This document shows, in pieces, positions 50,271 to 61,329 of a stretch of DNA of 64,000 bases (positions are counted from its first letter, which is position 1; every line of letters begins with the position of its first letter). The DNA is from Sedimentisphaerales bacterium (lineage in GTDB: Bacteria > Planctomycetota > Phycisphaerae > Sedimentisphaerales > Anaerobacaceae). A model generated the notes under the pieces. The model made no database searches, was not told the origin of the DNA, and saw nothing but the letters and a program-made list of their open reading frames with translations. Where the stretch lies: positions 6,816,001-6,880,000 of the forward strand of contig OY970194.1 of assembly GCA_963708075.1 (NCBI GenBank), read 5' to 3'. The position numbers and the translations under genes were made by a program.

Positions 50271-51947
50271 TCACAATCGTACCTGGACCTGCTTGTCAGC
50301 GGGGACCTGCATGGTCACTGTCTTGCCCCGTGAGGCAATTGCGAGGTCGAAGGCTCCATCGCTTTTCACCGTCACCGTGCGAACACCGGCTGCGTCGGCT
50401 TCTTCGCAGACGAGCGAAACCGTCTTGCCGCCAAACCAGAACCTTTCGATCCCCACGCGGGCGGGGGAGCGGATGTCCCAGGTGATCTTGTTGGCCGGCG
50501 CGTCCGCCCGGATGCCGATGGCGTACTCGATGAAGAACGCGATGGGCCCGATGCCGCTCCAGCCGACGAAGTCGCCTTTGGCGGGCTTACCCTCAGTCAC
50601 GTGCTGCGGAGCGTAGTTCTCCCATATGGTCCCATTCTCCTTGAACACGGCCACAACATTGCGCAGGTGATTCAGCGCGATCTCGCGGGCGAGGTCCGCG
50701 TAGCCGTAATTTTCCAGGCCTGCCATCACCATTTTGTCGGTGGGGGCCCAGATGGCGCCGACCCAGTAGCCGCCCTTGGGATCGAAGCCGGGCTCGTTGG
50801 CCGCCAGCGTGGGCACACGGTGGATTGTCTTGAATGTGTCCGGGTTCTCCAACTCCGCGGCGAGCGCTTCCGCCTGTGACTCGGACGCCACCTTTGCCAG
50901 CATCGCCCAGAACGCGGCGATGCTCTTGACCGGGGCCCGCTCGCCCTTGATGGTCAGGTCGAAGTAGAACTTTCGCTGCTCGTCCCACATGTGCCGGTTG
51001 ATGAGCGTCGAGAGTTCCTCGGCGTCCTGCCGGTACTTGCGGCCCTCGGCCTGCTTGCCGAGAATGTCCGCGATCTGAGCGATGTGGCGGGCGAACAGGA
51101 CCATTTCACAGGAGATGTCGATCCCGCAGCCGCCCGGCTCCAGGTACTTGTTTCGCGTGGAGTTGTCCATACTGGCCCAGTCGGTCAGATAGAGTCCGTT
51201 GCCCTGCCGCAGGTACTTCTGCAGGGCGGCGTGGTACCGCACCAGCGGCTCCCAGACCAGCCGGAGCCTGTCCTTGTCGCCCGTCAGGCGAAAGCTCTCC
51301 AACTCCGCCCAGGCGAAGATCGGGTGGTTCAGGGCGTCCAGCGTCAGCTTTGGATTGGGCACAGGCGCCGGCTTGCCCTCATAGACCACGCTCACTCGCT
51401 TCTGCCCCGTCTCCATGAGGGTGTATCCCCACCGGCTGAACATGGGCTCGTCGTCCTTGTTCACCCACTGCTCGAAATCCACGCCTGTAGTGCGGTTGAT
51501 CTCCCGGCAGATCTCGCCGTCCTCATGCTGCTTGATATAGAAGTTGTCCAGCGAGCCGATGCCCGGCACGTAGGGATGGGCGTAGTTGCAGAACATCGTC
51601 ATGAAGCACGTGTCCCACAGGAAGATATTCTGATTGAACGCCGCATCGATGAACTGCGTGACGAACCCGCTGCCCTTCGCCGGCTCGTGGAAGTTCCGGA
51701 ACGCCACCTCCCACGCCTTCCAGTAGCACCGAACATAGTTCGGGTCCTCATCAAAGATCGGCGAAGGCAGCCTGCCCCGCATCGCCTCAAACCCCGGCAG
51801 CGCCTTGGGCTCATACTGCTTCTTGCCGAAGTACAGCCCCTGCCCGGCCGACAGGCCGCTGTTGATAGATGCCACCACCAGAACCACCGGCACAATTCTC
51901 GCGCACATCGTCCACCTCAATTCGCGGCCAGGCGCATTCAGACTCAT
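50271..51947 (-). CDS. Secreted GH63/trehalase-like (alpha/alpha)6 glycoside hydrolase
   Basis: FLWDTCF, SMDNSTR, MWDEQRKFYFD, GYWVGAIWAPT, IWENYAP, FVGWSG. Confidence 0.8.
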   Translation of the reverse strand: MSLNAPGRELRWTMCARIVPVVLVVASINSGLSAGQGLYFGKKQYEPKALPGFEAMRGRLPSPIFDEDPNYVRCYWKAWEVAFRNFHEPAKGSGFVTQFIDAAFNQNIFLWDTCFMTMFCNYAHPYVPGIGSLDNFYIKQHEDGEICREINRTTGVDFEQWVNKDDEPMFSRWGYTLMETGQKRVSVVYEGKPAPVPNPKLTLDALNHPIFAWAELESFRLTGDKDRLRLVWEPLVRYHAALQKYLRQGNGLYLTDWASMDNSTRNKYLEPGGCGIDISCEMVLFARHIAQIADILGKQAEGRKYRQDAEELSTLINRHMWDEQRKFYFDLTIKGERAPVKSIAAFWAMLAKVASESQAEALAAELENPDTFKTIHRVPTLAANEPGFDPKGGYWVGAIWAPTDKMVMAGLENYGYADLAREIALNHLRNVVAVFKENGTIWENYAPQHVTEGKPAKGDFVGWSGIGPIAFFIEYAIGIRADAPANKITWDIRSPARVGIERFWFGGKTVSLVCEEADAAGVRTVTVKSDGAFDLAIASRGKTVTMQVPADKQVQVRL

Positions 51948-52002
51948 AACATTACCCCTCAAAAAAACTCCAGCCTATCCGCTCCCGCATTCCTTGTCCA
52001 TA

Positions 52003-52030
52003 CATGCTTGCGCAAGCGTAAGCATGGCAC
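52003..52030. repeat. Half copy of REP-like family B
   Basis: CATGCTTGCGCAAGCGTAAGCATGGCAC, near-identical to 60250-60277. Confidence 0.75.
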
Positions 52031-52059
52031 TTGGCTTGACCGAGAGAGACATCGGCCGG

Positions 52060-54737
52060 TCAGAGTCCCGGTTGTCCCGCGACGTCTTCGAGGCAGCGGA
52101 TGATGAGGGCGGTCCAGCCGGTTTGATGGCTGGCGCCGAGGCCCTGGCCGGTCTCGGCGTGGAAGTACTCGTGGAAGAGCAGCGGTTCCTCTTCGCACGG
52201 TCCGGGGGATTTGGGGTGGGCGGGGCGGTTGCCCTTCTCGTCGGGCAGGAAGAGATGGGTCAGCCGCTTCGACAATTCGAGTGACACCTGCCCGAGGGTC
52301 ATCATGTTGCCTGAGCCGGTCGGGAATTCGACCTTCAGGGACGGGCCGTAGAAGTGATCGTATCTTTGCAGGGCCTCGATCAGCAGGTAATTCACGGGGA
52401 ACCAGATCGGCCCGCGCCAGTTGGAGTTGCCGCCGAAGAGGCCCGTCCGTGACTCGCCCGGCGAGTATTCGATCTCGTGCTCGGCGCCGCCCATCCGGAA
52501 GTGGACCGGATTATCCTCGTGGAACCGCGACAGGGACCGGATGCCATAGGGCGACAGAAATTCGTTCTCGTCGAGCAGGTATCGCAGCACCCGTTTGAGC
52601 CGGTCGAGCGACGGGATGGCCAGCAGGTATCGCAGGCCGCCGTCTTTGCTTCTGCACTCCATGTAGGAGATGAATTGGGCCAGGTCCCGGCGGTTCTTCA
52701 GGAACCAGTCGCATCCGCTTCTTGAAGCCGGGCAACCGGTCGATCGGTCTCCTGCTCGATGACCTCGACGGCGATCAGCGGCAGCAGTCCGACGAGTGAC
52801 CGCACCTTGAGCGGCCAGACCTCCTGCCCGCACTGGATCTGGTCGTAGTAGAAACCGTCGTTCTCGTCCCAAAGGCCTGTGCCGCCCAGCGTGTTCATGG
52901 CGCTGGCGATCATGACAAAGTGCTCGAAGAACTTGGAGGCCATGTCCTCGTATGCCTGCTCCTCGCAGGCCAGCTCCAGCGCCATCGACAGCATCGTGGC
53001 ACAGAAGAAGGCCATCCAGGCGGTGCCGTCGGCCTGCTCGAGATATTCGCCGCTGGGCAGGGGCTTGGAGCGGTCGAACAGGCCGATATTGTCCATGCCC
53101 AGGAAGCCGCCGGAGAAGACGTTCCTGCCCGCCGGATCCTTGCGATTGACCCACCAGGTGAAATCCAGCAGCAGCTTCTGGAACGTGCTGGCCAGGAACG
53201 CCCGGTCGCGTTTGCCCGGCGGGGCCGTGATCTTGTACACCCGCCAGCAAGCCCACGCGTGCACCGGCGGGTTCACGTCGGAGAAGTTGAATTCGTAGGC
53301 GGGTATCTTGCCGCTCGGGTGCATGTACCACTCGCGCAGGAACAGGAGGAGCTGTCTCTTCGTGAACTCCGGGTCGATCCGGGCGAAGGGGAGCATGTGG
53401 AAGGCCGTGTCCCACGAGGCGAACCACGGGATATTCCCACTTGTCCGGCATCGACAGCACGTCGCGGTTGAACAGGTGCCACCAGTCGATGTTGCGTCCC
53501 TCCTTGCGGCCGGCCGGCGGCGGGGGCATATTCGGATCGCCTTCGAGCCAGTCTTCGACCGACGTAATGGTAGAACTGCTTGTTCCACAGCAGCCCGGCA
53601 TAGGCCTGGCGCGCGATGGACCGCGCCTGTGGCTCCAGGCTCTCGGGAATGATCTGCCGATAGAAGGCGTCCGCTTCCGCGATGCGCTGCTTGAAGACCT
53701 CATCGAAGCCGGCATCGAAGGGATCACCGATGCCCTCGGCTTCCGCATAGAGTCGAAGCTTGATCTGCGCCTGTCCGTGGCCGCCGATCTTCAGGCGGTA
53801 GTACGGGGCCGCCTTTGTGCCCCGGCCCTTGTCACTGATTGCCGCCTTGTTACCCTTGACCACGTACTCGTGGAAGGCGTCCTTCACATAGGGCGTGTAG
53901 TTCGGCACGTGGAAGAGCCGCAGCGTGTTCGTCTCATTCTCTGTGAACAGCACTGGCGGCTGGTTGCCCGCCGGGTCCGGCCCGATGGCGAACAGGAACC
54001 GGCCGAGCGTCTCATGCTCGGTCCGCAACGTCGAGGCGTTGACCGGCTCGATGTTCGGCTTGGTCGTGCAATCCTCGTGCTTGCAGCCCCAGATCCAGGT
54101 GTTGCGAAACCACAACGTCGGCAGCAGGTGCAGGAGCCGCTCGCGGCCGCTTCGATTGCAGCGCGGTGATCCGGATCAGGATGTCGTTGTCGGAGGCCTT
54201 GGCGTACTCGACGTAGATATCGAAGTACCGGCGGCCGTCGAATATGCCCGTGTCGAGGATCTCAAATTCCGGCTGGTCCCTGCCCCTGCGCCCGTTCTCC
54301 TCCACGAGCTTCTCGTAGGGAAACGCCTCCTGCGGGTATCGGTACAGGCCCCGCATGTACGAATGCGTGGGCGTCGAATCGAGATAGTAGTAAAGCTCCT
54401 TCACGTCCTCGCCGTGATTGCCCTCGTGATTGGTCAGGCCGAATAGCCGCTCCTTGAGGATCGGGTCTTTGCCGTTCCACATCGCCGGCGCGAAGCACAG
54501 CCGGCACTCGCGGTCGGTGAATCCGAGGATGCCGTCCTCGCCCCAGCGGTACGCCCGGCTGCGCGCCATGTCATGCGTGAAGTACTCCCAGCAGTCGCCG
54601 TTCTCCGAATAATCCTCTCGCACGGTACCCCATTGCCGCTCCGCGAGGTACGGCCCCCAGCGCTTCCAGTTCCTCGTGCGCTCGGTATCTTCCCGCAGCC
54701 GATTCCTCTCGGCATTGGCCGTGTTCGCTCCGTTCAT
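52060..54737 (-). CDS. MGH1-like/GH63 glucosidase, broken by about five frameshifts (assembly error or pseudogene)
   Basis: [61 protein letters not shown] and GASHQTGWT lie in successive different frames. Confidence 0.8.
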
Positions 54738-54915
54738 GGTAGTACCCCCACTATAACGCTCAAGCTGCTCGCCTGACAGCCATACCCGCCCCGGCTCAAG
54801 CCTGCCATGTAGACTCTACTGCCACGCCGCCAGTGGGTTCAACATAGTCTTATCAACCGAATGCGGAAATCCAGTCTCTACGGCTGCAACCGATGCGTTG
54901 GAGGCTCTCGATAGG

Positions 54916-56138
54916 TAGGGCTATCGCATCTAAATGCCAAGGACCTTAAGCAGGTAGTCTCGGTCCCAGCCGGCTCGGAGGCGTTTGGCGGCGATGCCGC
55001 CCTTGGCCGTCTTCTCCTGCTTGAGCAGCATCAGGGCGATTCGACGCAATCGCGAGAAGTTCTCGGCGGCGTTGGCCACTCGGACTCGACTGGCGTCCTC
55101 ATGGAAACTCACGTCCAGCGACCAGTGCAACTGGACCTCCACGGACCAGTGATGGCGAATCAATGTCCCCAGACGCTGGGCACAGTGTCCCGGATGGGAG
55201 CTGATGAAGTAGTGTCGCTTTCGTTCGCACTGGCCGTTGACCTGACGCTCTCGCTCGATGGCCGTGAGGCTGCCCAGACCCGGCCAGTCGTGACGCCCTT
55301 GCAGCCATCCCACATCGCTGGTAGTCCACACCCGGCGGGTTTCCAGTCGTCCATGGCCTTTTTCCACGGTTTCCCAGAAGTCCTGCTCGCCGGCAAACCC
55401 GTGGGCGATGCCGTCCTCCATGTACATCCGGGCATCCTCGTACAGAGTCCCTTGGTTAGCCTTGAGGGCCAGCACATAGTCGCCGCCCTGATCGACGATC
55501 TGCTCGGCGATCTCCTTTTGACAACCCATGGCGTCAATCGTGACGGTTGCCTCCTCCACGTCGAGCAGCTTGAGCAACTCCGGGATCGCGGTGGTCTCAT
55601 TGCTCTTGGCATCGACCGTCCGTTGGCCGAAAGCCACGCAGTTCTCGTGGACCCAGGCACTGACCATGTGCAACGGGCCTTGGGCACGGGCCCGATCAAA
55701 GCTGTTTCGCAGGGTCTTGCCGTCGATGGCGATGTGCTTGCCCCGGCTGCTGCCGGCCAGATCCGCGACAAACGCCTGCATGACCGCTTCAAACGCATCC
55801 GGGTCCAGGGCGGCAAAGACCCGACCAAAGGTATCATGCGATGGAATGCCATTGGGCAGGTCCAGAAACGTGCCAAACCATTCCTCGTTGACGTTGCCGA
55901 ACATCTCTACGTCCGTCCAGTGCTCGGCCCCGCAGATCACGGCACAGACGCCAATGACCAGAATATCCTGTAATTCATGCCGTTTCGTCCGCTCCACGCG
56001 AGGATCAGGAACCGCGGCAAAATGATCCCAAATCGATTTCTTCATCAAAAACGTATTCCTCTCTACTTGAAGTGTCTTGCTTCTGAGAAGAATACGAAAC
56101 CATGCCTGCAAAGGCTCAATTTAGATGCGATTGCCCTG
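54916..56138 (-). mobile_element. ISAs1-family insertion sequence, complete
   Basis: Terminal IRs TAGGGCTATCGCATCTAAAT / CAGGGCAATCGCATCTAAAT (18/20); 10-bp duplication TCTCGATAGG at 54906-54915 and 56139-56148. Confidence 0.95.
54930..56045 (-). CDS. ISAs1-family DDE transposase
   Basis: [73 protein letters not shown]. Confidence 0.96.
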   Translation of the reverse strand: MKKSIWDHFAAVPDPRVERTKRHELQDILVIGVCAVICGAEHWTDVEMFGNVNEEWFGTFLDLPNGIPSHDTFGRVFAALDPDAFEAVMQAFVADLAGSSRGKHIAIDGKTLRNSFDRARAQGPLHMVSAWVHENCVAFGQRTVDAKSNETTAIPELLKLLDVEEATVTIDAMGCQKEIAEQIVDQGGDYVLALKANQGTLYEDARMYMEDGIAHGFAGEQDFWETVEKGHGRLETRRVWTTSDVGWLQGRHDWPGLGSLTAIERERQVNGQCERKRHYFISSHPGHCAQRLGTLIRHHWSVEVQLHWSLDVSFHEDASRVRVANAAENFSRLRRIALMLLKQEKTAKGGIAAKRLRAGWDRDYLLKVLGI

Positions 56139-56233
56139 TCTCGATAGGCCATTGCCACCTGAGGAGAAGGTCTGTACACTATCCTATGCATCGAAGTACT
56201 TTGTTGTCTGATAGAGAAAGAGGTGGAGCCCAG

Positions 56234-57493
56234 ATGATCCGGTTGATTGAAGTGCTGAACTACCGCTCCCTACGCTATATCAGCCAGCCGCTGGAACGAT
56301 TTCACGTGCTTGTAGGTCCGAACGCCAGTGGCAAGACCACTTTCCTGGACGTAATTGCCTTTCTTGGACGAATGGTATCTGATGGACTGGACGCAGCCAT
56401 TGATGAACGTACAAAGAACTTCGTAGATCTCCTTTGGAGACGCGAAGGTACGAGTTTTGAGTTGGCCGTGGAAGCTGATATTCAAGAGGCAAAGGCGCCG
56501 GGTCTTAACGGCAGGTTTGACGCCATCCGTTATGAGGTATCGATAGGTCTGCACCCTGAGACGAACGAGGTCGGGATATTGCAGGAGCGTGCAATGCTGA
56601 AGAAGCAGCATCCTGCCCCACGGGAGCAGCGTTCCTTGTTCCCGATGGAACCGCAGCCACCACGTACGATCATATCCAAGGCCGGCAGGCATGGGGAGCA
56701 GACCGTCTTGAGTAAGGGGCTGCAGGGAAATGACAACTATTACGCGGAGGTCAGGGAGGAGTCTGGTGGGAAGGGATGGATGCCCTCTTTCCGACTTGGA
56801 CCAAAGAAATCGGCACTCGCTAATCTGCCAGAAGATGAGAGAAGATTCCCTGCATCCACATGGTTCAAGCGGTATCTGATGTATGGTGTGCAGACCTTTG
56901 TCTTGAATAGCTTGATGATTCGAAGAGCTAGCCCATCGGGCCAACCCATAGGTTTCAAGCCAGATGGCTCTAATCTGCCCTGGGTGATAGAACGACTAAA
57001 GGCTAGTGAGAAAGACAAGTTTCGAGCGTGGATACACCATCTGCAAACCGCGCTTCCTGATCTTGTCGACATCAGTACGGTGGAGCGGGAAGACGACAAG
57101 CATCGTTACCTGAAGGTCCATTATAAGAACGGCCTTGAAGTACCCTCTTGGATGGTTTCAGATGGGACCCTTCGATTACTGGCCTTGACCCTGCCAGCCT
57201 ACATACCGCGTTTCAGCGGCGTCTATCTTGTGGAAGAGCCCGAAAACGGCATACACCCGGGAGCAATTGAGACTCTATTTCAATCACTTTCATCAGTCTA
57301 CAGCGCACAGATGCTCCTGGCCACTCACTCGACAGTAATCCTGAGCCAAGCCCATTTGGATCAAGTACTGTGCTTCAAGAAGACGGACTTGGGAGCGACG
57401 GACATTGTCGCGGGGCCACAGCATCCGGCCCTCAAAGACTGGAAGGGTCAGCCAAATCTGGATGTTATCTTTGCCAGCGGAGTCTTGGGATGA
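56234..57493 (+). CDS. ABC/AAA_21-type ATPase, MAD3-like
   Basis: NYRSL, Walker A GPNASGKT, signature VSDGT, Walker B/D-loop LVEEPENGIHP, ATHS. Confidence 0.85.
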   Translation: MIRLIEVLNYRSLRYISQPLERFHVLVGPNASGKTTFLDVIAFLGRMVSDGLDAAIDERTKNFVDLLWRREGTSFELAVEADIQEAKAPGLNGRFDAIRYEVSIGLHPETNEVGILQERAMLKKQHPAPREQRSLFPMEPQPPRTIISKAGRHGEQTVLSKGLQGNDNYYAEVREESGGKGWMPSFRLGPKKSALANLPEDERRFPASTWFKRYLMYGVQTFVLNSLMIRRASPSGQPIGFKPDGSNLPWVIERLKASEKDKFRAWIHHLQTALPDLVDISTVEREDDKHRYLKVHYKNGLEVPSWMVSDGTLRLLALTLPAYIPRFSGVYLVEEPENGIHPGAIETLFQSLSSVYSAQMLLATHSTVILSQAHLDQVLCFKKTDLGATDIVAGPQHPALKDWKGQPNLDVIFASGVLG

Positions 57494-58140
57494 AATCTCC
57501 CAGTCGTAGGGACTTGATCGTACTCGTGGCTGACAGCAATATGAGAGCCGCCGTCCGTGGATTGCTGTCTCGCGAACAGGCATTGGGTATCGGGACCGTC
57601 GACGTCGAGGTACTGCCGCATCCTCAGAGAGACAGCGGCTGCTGCAAAGGGGGTGTCGATTTTCTGTCGGCCTTTGCGAACCAGTTTCAGCACGCGCTGC
57701 TGATGTTCGACTGGGAAGGCTGTGGCCAGGAGGGATGCTCGCCTACAGACATTGAGGGCGGCCTTGAAGAACGATTGTCAAACTCGGGATGGAGTGACAG
57801 GGCCAGAGTAATTGTGTTGGACCCTGAATTGGAGATTTGGGTTTGGAGTGGGTCTCCTCATGTAGAACAGTGCCTGGGTTGGAACGATCAGAGCATGCCC
57901 CTGAGGGAATGGCTCGTCACTCGCGGATTTCTCCATACAGGTCAACACAAGCCGGTGCGTCCCAAGGAAGCGATGGAGGCTGCTCTCTACGAGAGTCAGA
58001 CACCGCGATCTTCAGCCATTTACCGCCACCTTGCAGAGACGGTGTCACTGAAGGGTTGCACGGATCGTGCATTCCTGAAGTTCACAAACATGATGCAACT
58101 GTGGTTCGCCTGCCAGAGGATGCCCTCCACGGGCGAATGA
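57490..58140 (+). CDS. MAD4-like / TOPRIM-like partner protein, translationally coupled to the ATPase
   Basis: ATGA overlap; DLIVLVADSNM...LLSR.QALGI, HPQRDSGC, LMFDWEG, DPELEIWVW, RPKEA. Family recalled, not searched. Confidence 0.65.
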   Translation: MKSPSRRDLIVLVADSNMRAAVRGLLSREQALGIGTVDVEVLPHPQRDSGCCKGGVDFLSAFANQFQHALLMFDWEGCGQEGCSPTDIEGGLEERLSNSGWSDRARVIVLDPELEIWVWSGSPHVEQCLGWNDQSMPLREWLVTRGFLHTGQHKPVRPKEAMEAALYESQTPRSSAIYRHLAETVSLKGCTDRAFLKFTNMMQLWFACQRMPSTGE

Positions 58141-58261
58141 ATTCCAGCGTCTCGGGATTGTCGAAAGCTTGAATGGGGAGTCGCCCCGAATTACGCCTGT
58201 AAGAGTCTGGTTCGACGCATCGTCTGATTCCACGTTGGTGGTCGGTCCTGTTCCCGGCTTC

Positions 58262-58580
58262 TCACGGGTAGCGATAGACTCTTCCGATCAGTACGCGCGG
58301 CGCTGGGCCGAGATTCACCTTCCACGAGGCTTCGTCGCCGTTGAGGCGGCGGCCCGGCGTCCACCGGCCGTGGCGGAAAGTGCCTTCCTCGATGGACAGC
58401 CAGGCCGTGTTGCCCGGCTTGTCCCGGCGTGACGCAAAGCGGATGCTGTAATTTGTTCCCGCCATCACGAAGGTGTCCGGCGCGGTGGCGATCACGAAAC
58501 CGGCGCGAAGCTGAGGGCGTGATGGTGACCAATGGCGCCAGACAAAGCGCCGCCGATACTTCGATCCAGGAAAGGCCGTG
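58262..58580 (-). pseudogene. Orphan C-terminal fragment of a GH35-type beta-galactosidase (DUF5597-like)
   Basis: GFVIATAPDTFVMAG...IEEGTF..GRW.PGRRLNGDE...VYRY with no upstream catalytic domain. Confidence 0.6.
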
Positions 58581-58637
58581 GACATGGTGTCGTGCTGCGG
58601 GTATTCGCATGACAGATCCTCCAAGTGTATCCTGTGG

Positions 58638-60127
58638 TTACAGGCGTTCATCCGCGGCTTTGTTTGGCAGTGTGTCCCCCTCATGCACGATCGGATTGGA
58701 GAGCCGTCCGAAGTGGCTCAGCAGCCGGCCGAGGAGCATCGTAATCGCTGTGCCGAGGACGATCAGCCAGGTCCAGCCGAGCTGGAGGTGTCCCGTCTTG
58801 ATCAGCAGGAGCAGGGCGAGGCAGATCAGGGTGCTGATGAGCATGGCGGGGACGTTGGCGAGGTTGGCCTTGTGGCGCGTGAGCAGGCCGAGCAGGAAGA
58901 CGCCGAGCATCGGGCCGCCCGTCACCGCATAAATCTGGAAAGCAAACCAGAGGATGTTCTCCACGGGAGAGCAGGCGACGGCGATTCCCGCGAGGATCAG
59001 GCCGAACCCGATGACCCCGAGGCGCGAACCAGCAGGTAATGTCTCTCCGTGGCCTGCTTGCGGATCAGCGGGCGGTAGATGTCGCGGACGAACGAGGTGG
59101 TCAGTGAGTTCAGCGGCGAATCGACGCTGGCCATGACGATGGCCGCGAGCATCAGACCCTTGAGGCCCGCCGGCAGGACCGTGCGGGCGAAATGCGGCAG
59201 GATCGTCTTCAACTCCTGCGGCAAAGCCAGCTCCGGATGCCGGCCGTAGAAAACGAAGAGGAGCGTTCCGATGAGCAGGTACAGCCAGTAGACGGGCAAG
59301 ACCGTCAGGATCGTGGCGAGGATTGTCTTCTGGCTGCTCCTTCGGGTTTTGACCGTCAGGAGCCGCTGGACCATCTCCTGATCCGCGCCAAAGGAGACCA
59401 GACCGGTGAAGAGCCCGCCGATGGTGCCCGCCCAGAATGTGCCGGCGTCGTTGAGGTTCAGAGCGAAGTTGAACGTGCTGAGCCGGCCTGCTTCCTGTGC
59501 CGTCTGCAGGGCCGGGATCAGGCCGCCGTCCATGTGTCGCAGCAGGTAGCCGACGACGAGAACCCCGCTGAGGATGAAGAAGATGGCCTGATACGCGCCG
59601 GTCCAGACAAGGGCTTTGATGCCGCCGAAGGCGATGAAGAGGATACTGACGAGGGTGAACAGCGCGAGCGTCGCTCCCAGGGGCCAACCGACGATCAGGC
59701 CCACGGCCATGCAGGTGGCATAGAGCCTCACGCCGGAAGCGATCAGACGAGTGACCAGAAAGTAGGCGGAGCCCGTGTACTGCGTGGCCGGGCCGAATCG
59801 GTGGCCCAGGAATTCGTAGATGCTCGTGCAATTGTACTTATAGAATGCCGGGACGAAGAGAAACGCGACGATCAGTCGAGCCACCGCCAGGCCGATCAGG
59901 AACTGAAACCATCGCCAGTTTTCGGTGAAGGCCGTGTGCGGCATGCCGACGAGGGCCAGGGCGCTGATCTCCGTAGCGACAAACGACAGGCACGCGACGA
60001 CCCACGGAACCTGCCGGCCGCCGAGGAAGAAATCCTCCGTGTCCTTCTCCTCGCGCCCGAAGACGTAGGAGATGACGAACAGCAGCAGCACCGCTCCGGC
60101 GATGATCGCGCCATCGATCCCGCTCAA
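58638..60127 (-). CDS. Sodium:solute symporter (SSS); frameshift near 59027
   Basis: EDFFLGGRQVPW, SFVATEISA, SIYEFLGHRFG, DQEMVQRLL, DSPLNSL; C-terminal GPMLGVFLLG in second frame. Confidence 0.88.
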
Positions 60128-60202
60128 CGAGCCGGTCAGATGTTGGGTGATTACGTCTTCGATAATCCTTCATCCTTTCCAATCGTTCCGCCCGCGGGAA
60201 CG

Positions 60203-60279
60203 GGGTGCCATGTCTACGCTTGCGTAGACATGCCTGACTCGGAGGCGAACATGCTTACGCAAGCGTAAGCATGGCACCC
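60203..60279. repeat. REP-like palindromic element (family B), intergenic copy
   Basis: GGGTGCCATG-TCTACGCTTGCGTAGA-CATG ... CATG-CTTACGCAAGCGTAAG-CATGGCACCC. Confidence 0.85.
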
Positions 60280-60309
60280 GGCACCCGGACTTCCATGGTT
60301 CACTATATT

Positions 60310-60398
60310 GGGTGGCAGCGTCAAGCGCAGCTTGGCGATGGCTGCAGGAAGCGTAGTAAGACCATCGCCAAGGCCTTCGGCCTTGACGCTGCCACCCG
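60310..60398. repeat. REP-like palindromic element (family A), second copy
   Basis: Arms are the reverse complement of those at 32424-32512; central loop differs. Confidence 0.85.
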
Positions 60399-60423
60399 GT
60401 ACCTCGCACGGGAAAGCCATCTG

Positions 60424-61329
60424 TCAGCACGAGTCCTCGATAGCTCTGCGCAGAGACTGCCCACACTGGTTGAGGATTCGAGTGGCATCCCGCAAATCGA
60501 CCTTGCGAAAATGCATGACCACGGCGGGTTTGAGTTGCCCGTCGGCCCGCCGGAGCAGGGCCTGGGCCCGCGGACGTGAAAGTCCCGTCAACTCCATCAC
60601 GATCCGCATCGAGCGGTCACGCAGCTTATTGTTCACGGCCCGGAGATCGACCATCAGGTTGCCGTACACCTTGCCGAGCTTGATCATGGCGGCCGTCGTG
60701 AGTGTGTTGAGCACGAGCTTCGTGGCCGTACCCGCCTTCATTCGCGTCGAACCCGTGACGATCTCCGGTCCGACGACAGGATTGATGACGATCTCGGCGG
60801 GGATGAACCCGACCGCCTCGGGTGCGCAGGTCACGCAGATGGTTCTGGCCCCGATCCGCCGTGCCTGCTGAAGGGCACCTCGCACAAAGGGCGTCATTCC
60901 ACAGGCCGCCAAGCCCACAACTGTGTCTTTGTCGCTCACGTGCTTCCTGTCGATAGCCTTGGCGCCGTCGTCGGCGTGGTCCTCGGCCCCCTCGATGGAG
61001 CGGACGAGGGCCCGCTTGCCACCGGCGATGATGCCCTGGACCATGGACGGCTTGACGCCGAACGTCGGCGGACATTCGGAGGCGTCGAGGACGCCAAGCC
61101 GGCCGCTCGTACCTGCGCCGACGTAAAAGAGCCGCCCGCCCGCGCGGAACTGCTCCACGATCACGTCAATCGCGGCGGCGATCTTCTCTCGCTGCGAGCC
61201 GACGGCCTGCGGAACCGTACAGTCCTCGCGGTTGATCAGCTCGACAATTTCCAGCGTGGACAATCGGTCGATGTTCGCGCTGGCGGGGTTACGCTTCTCG
61301 GTAGTCGGCAGGCTTCTGCGGTTTGTCAT
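60424..61329 (-). CDS. murQ: N-acetylmuramic acid 6-phosphate etherase
   Basis: TEKRNP, GAGTSGRLGVLDASECPPTF, EGAED, GPEIVTGSTRMKAGTA.K, GNLMVD. Confidence 0.96.
   Translation of the reverse strand: MTNRRSLPTTEKRNPASANIDRLSTLEIVELINREDCTVPQAVGSQREKIAAAIDVIVEQFRAGGRLFYVGAGTSGRLGVLDASECPPTFGVKPSMVQGIIAGGKRALVRSIEGAEDHADDGAKAIDRKHVSDKDTVVGLAACGMTPFVRGALQQARRIGARTICVTCAPEAVGFIPAEIVINPVVGPEIVTGSTRMKAGTATKLVLNTLTTAAMIKLGKVYGNLMVDLRAVNNKLRDRSMRIVMELTGLSRPRAQALLRRADGQLKPAVVMHFRKVDLRDATRILNQCGQSLRRAIEDSC

Noticed and set aside
56102..56233. N-terminal extension of the ATPase ORF from 56102
   Set aside because: It starts inside the IS terminus; ATG 56234 has an RBS and a typical family N-terminus.
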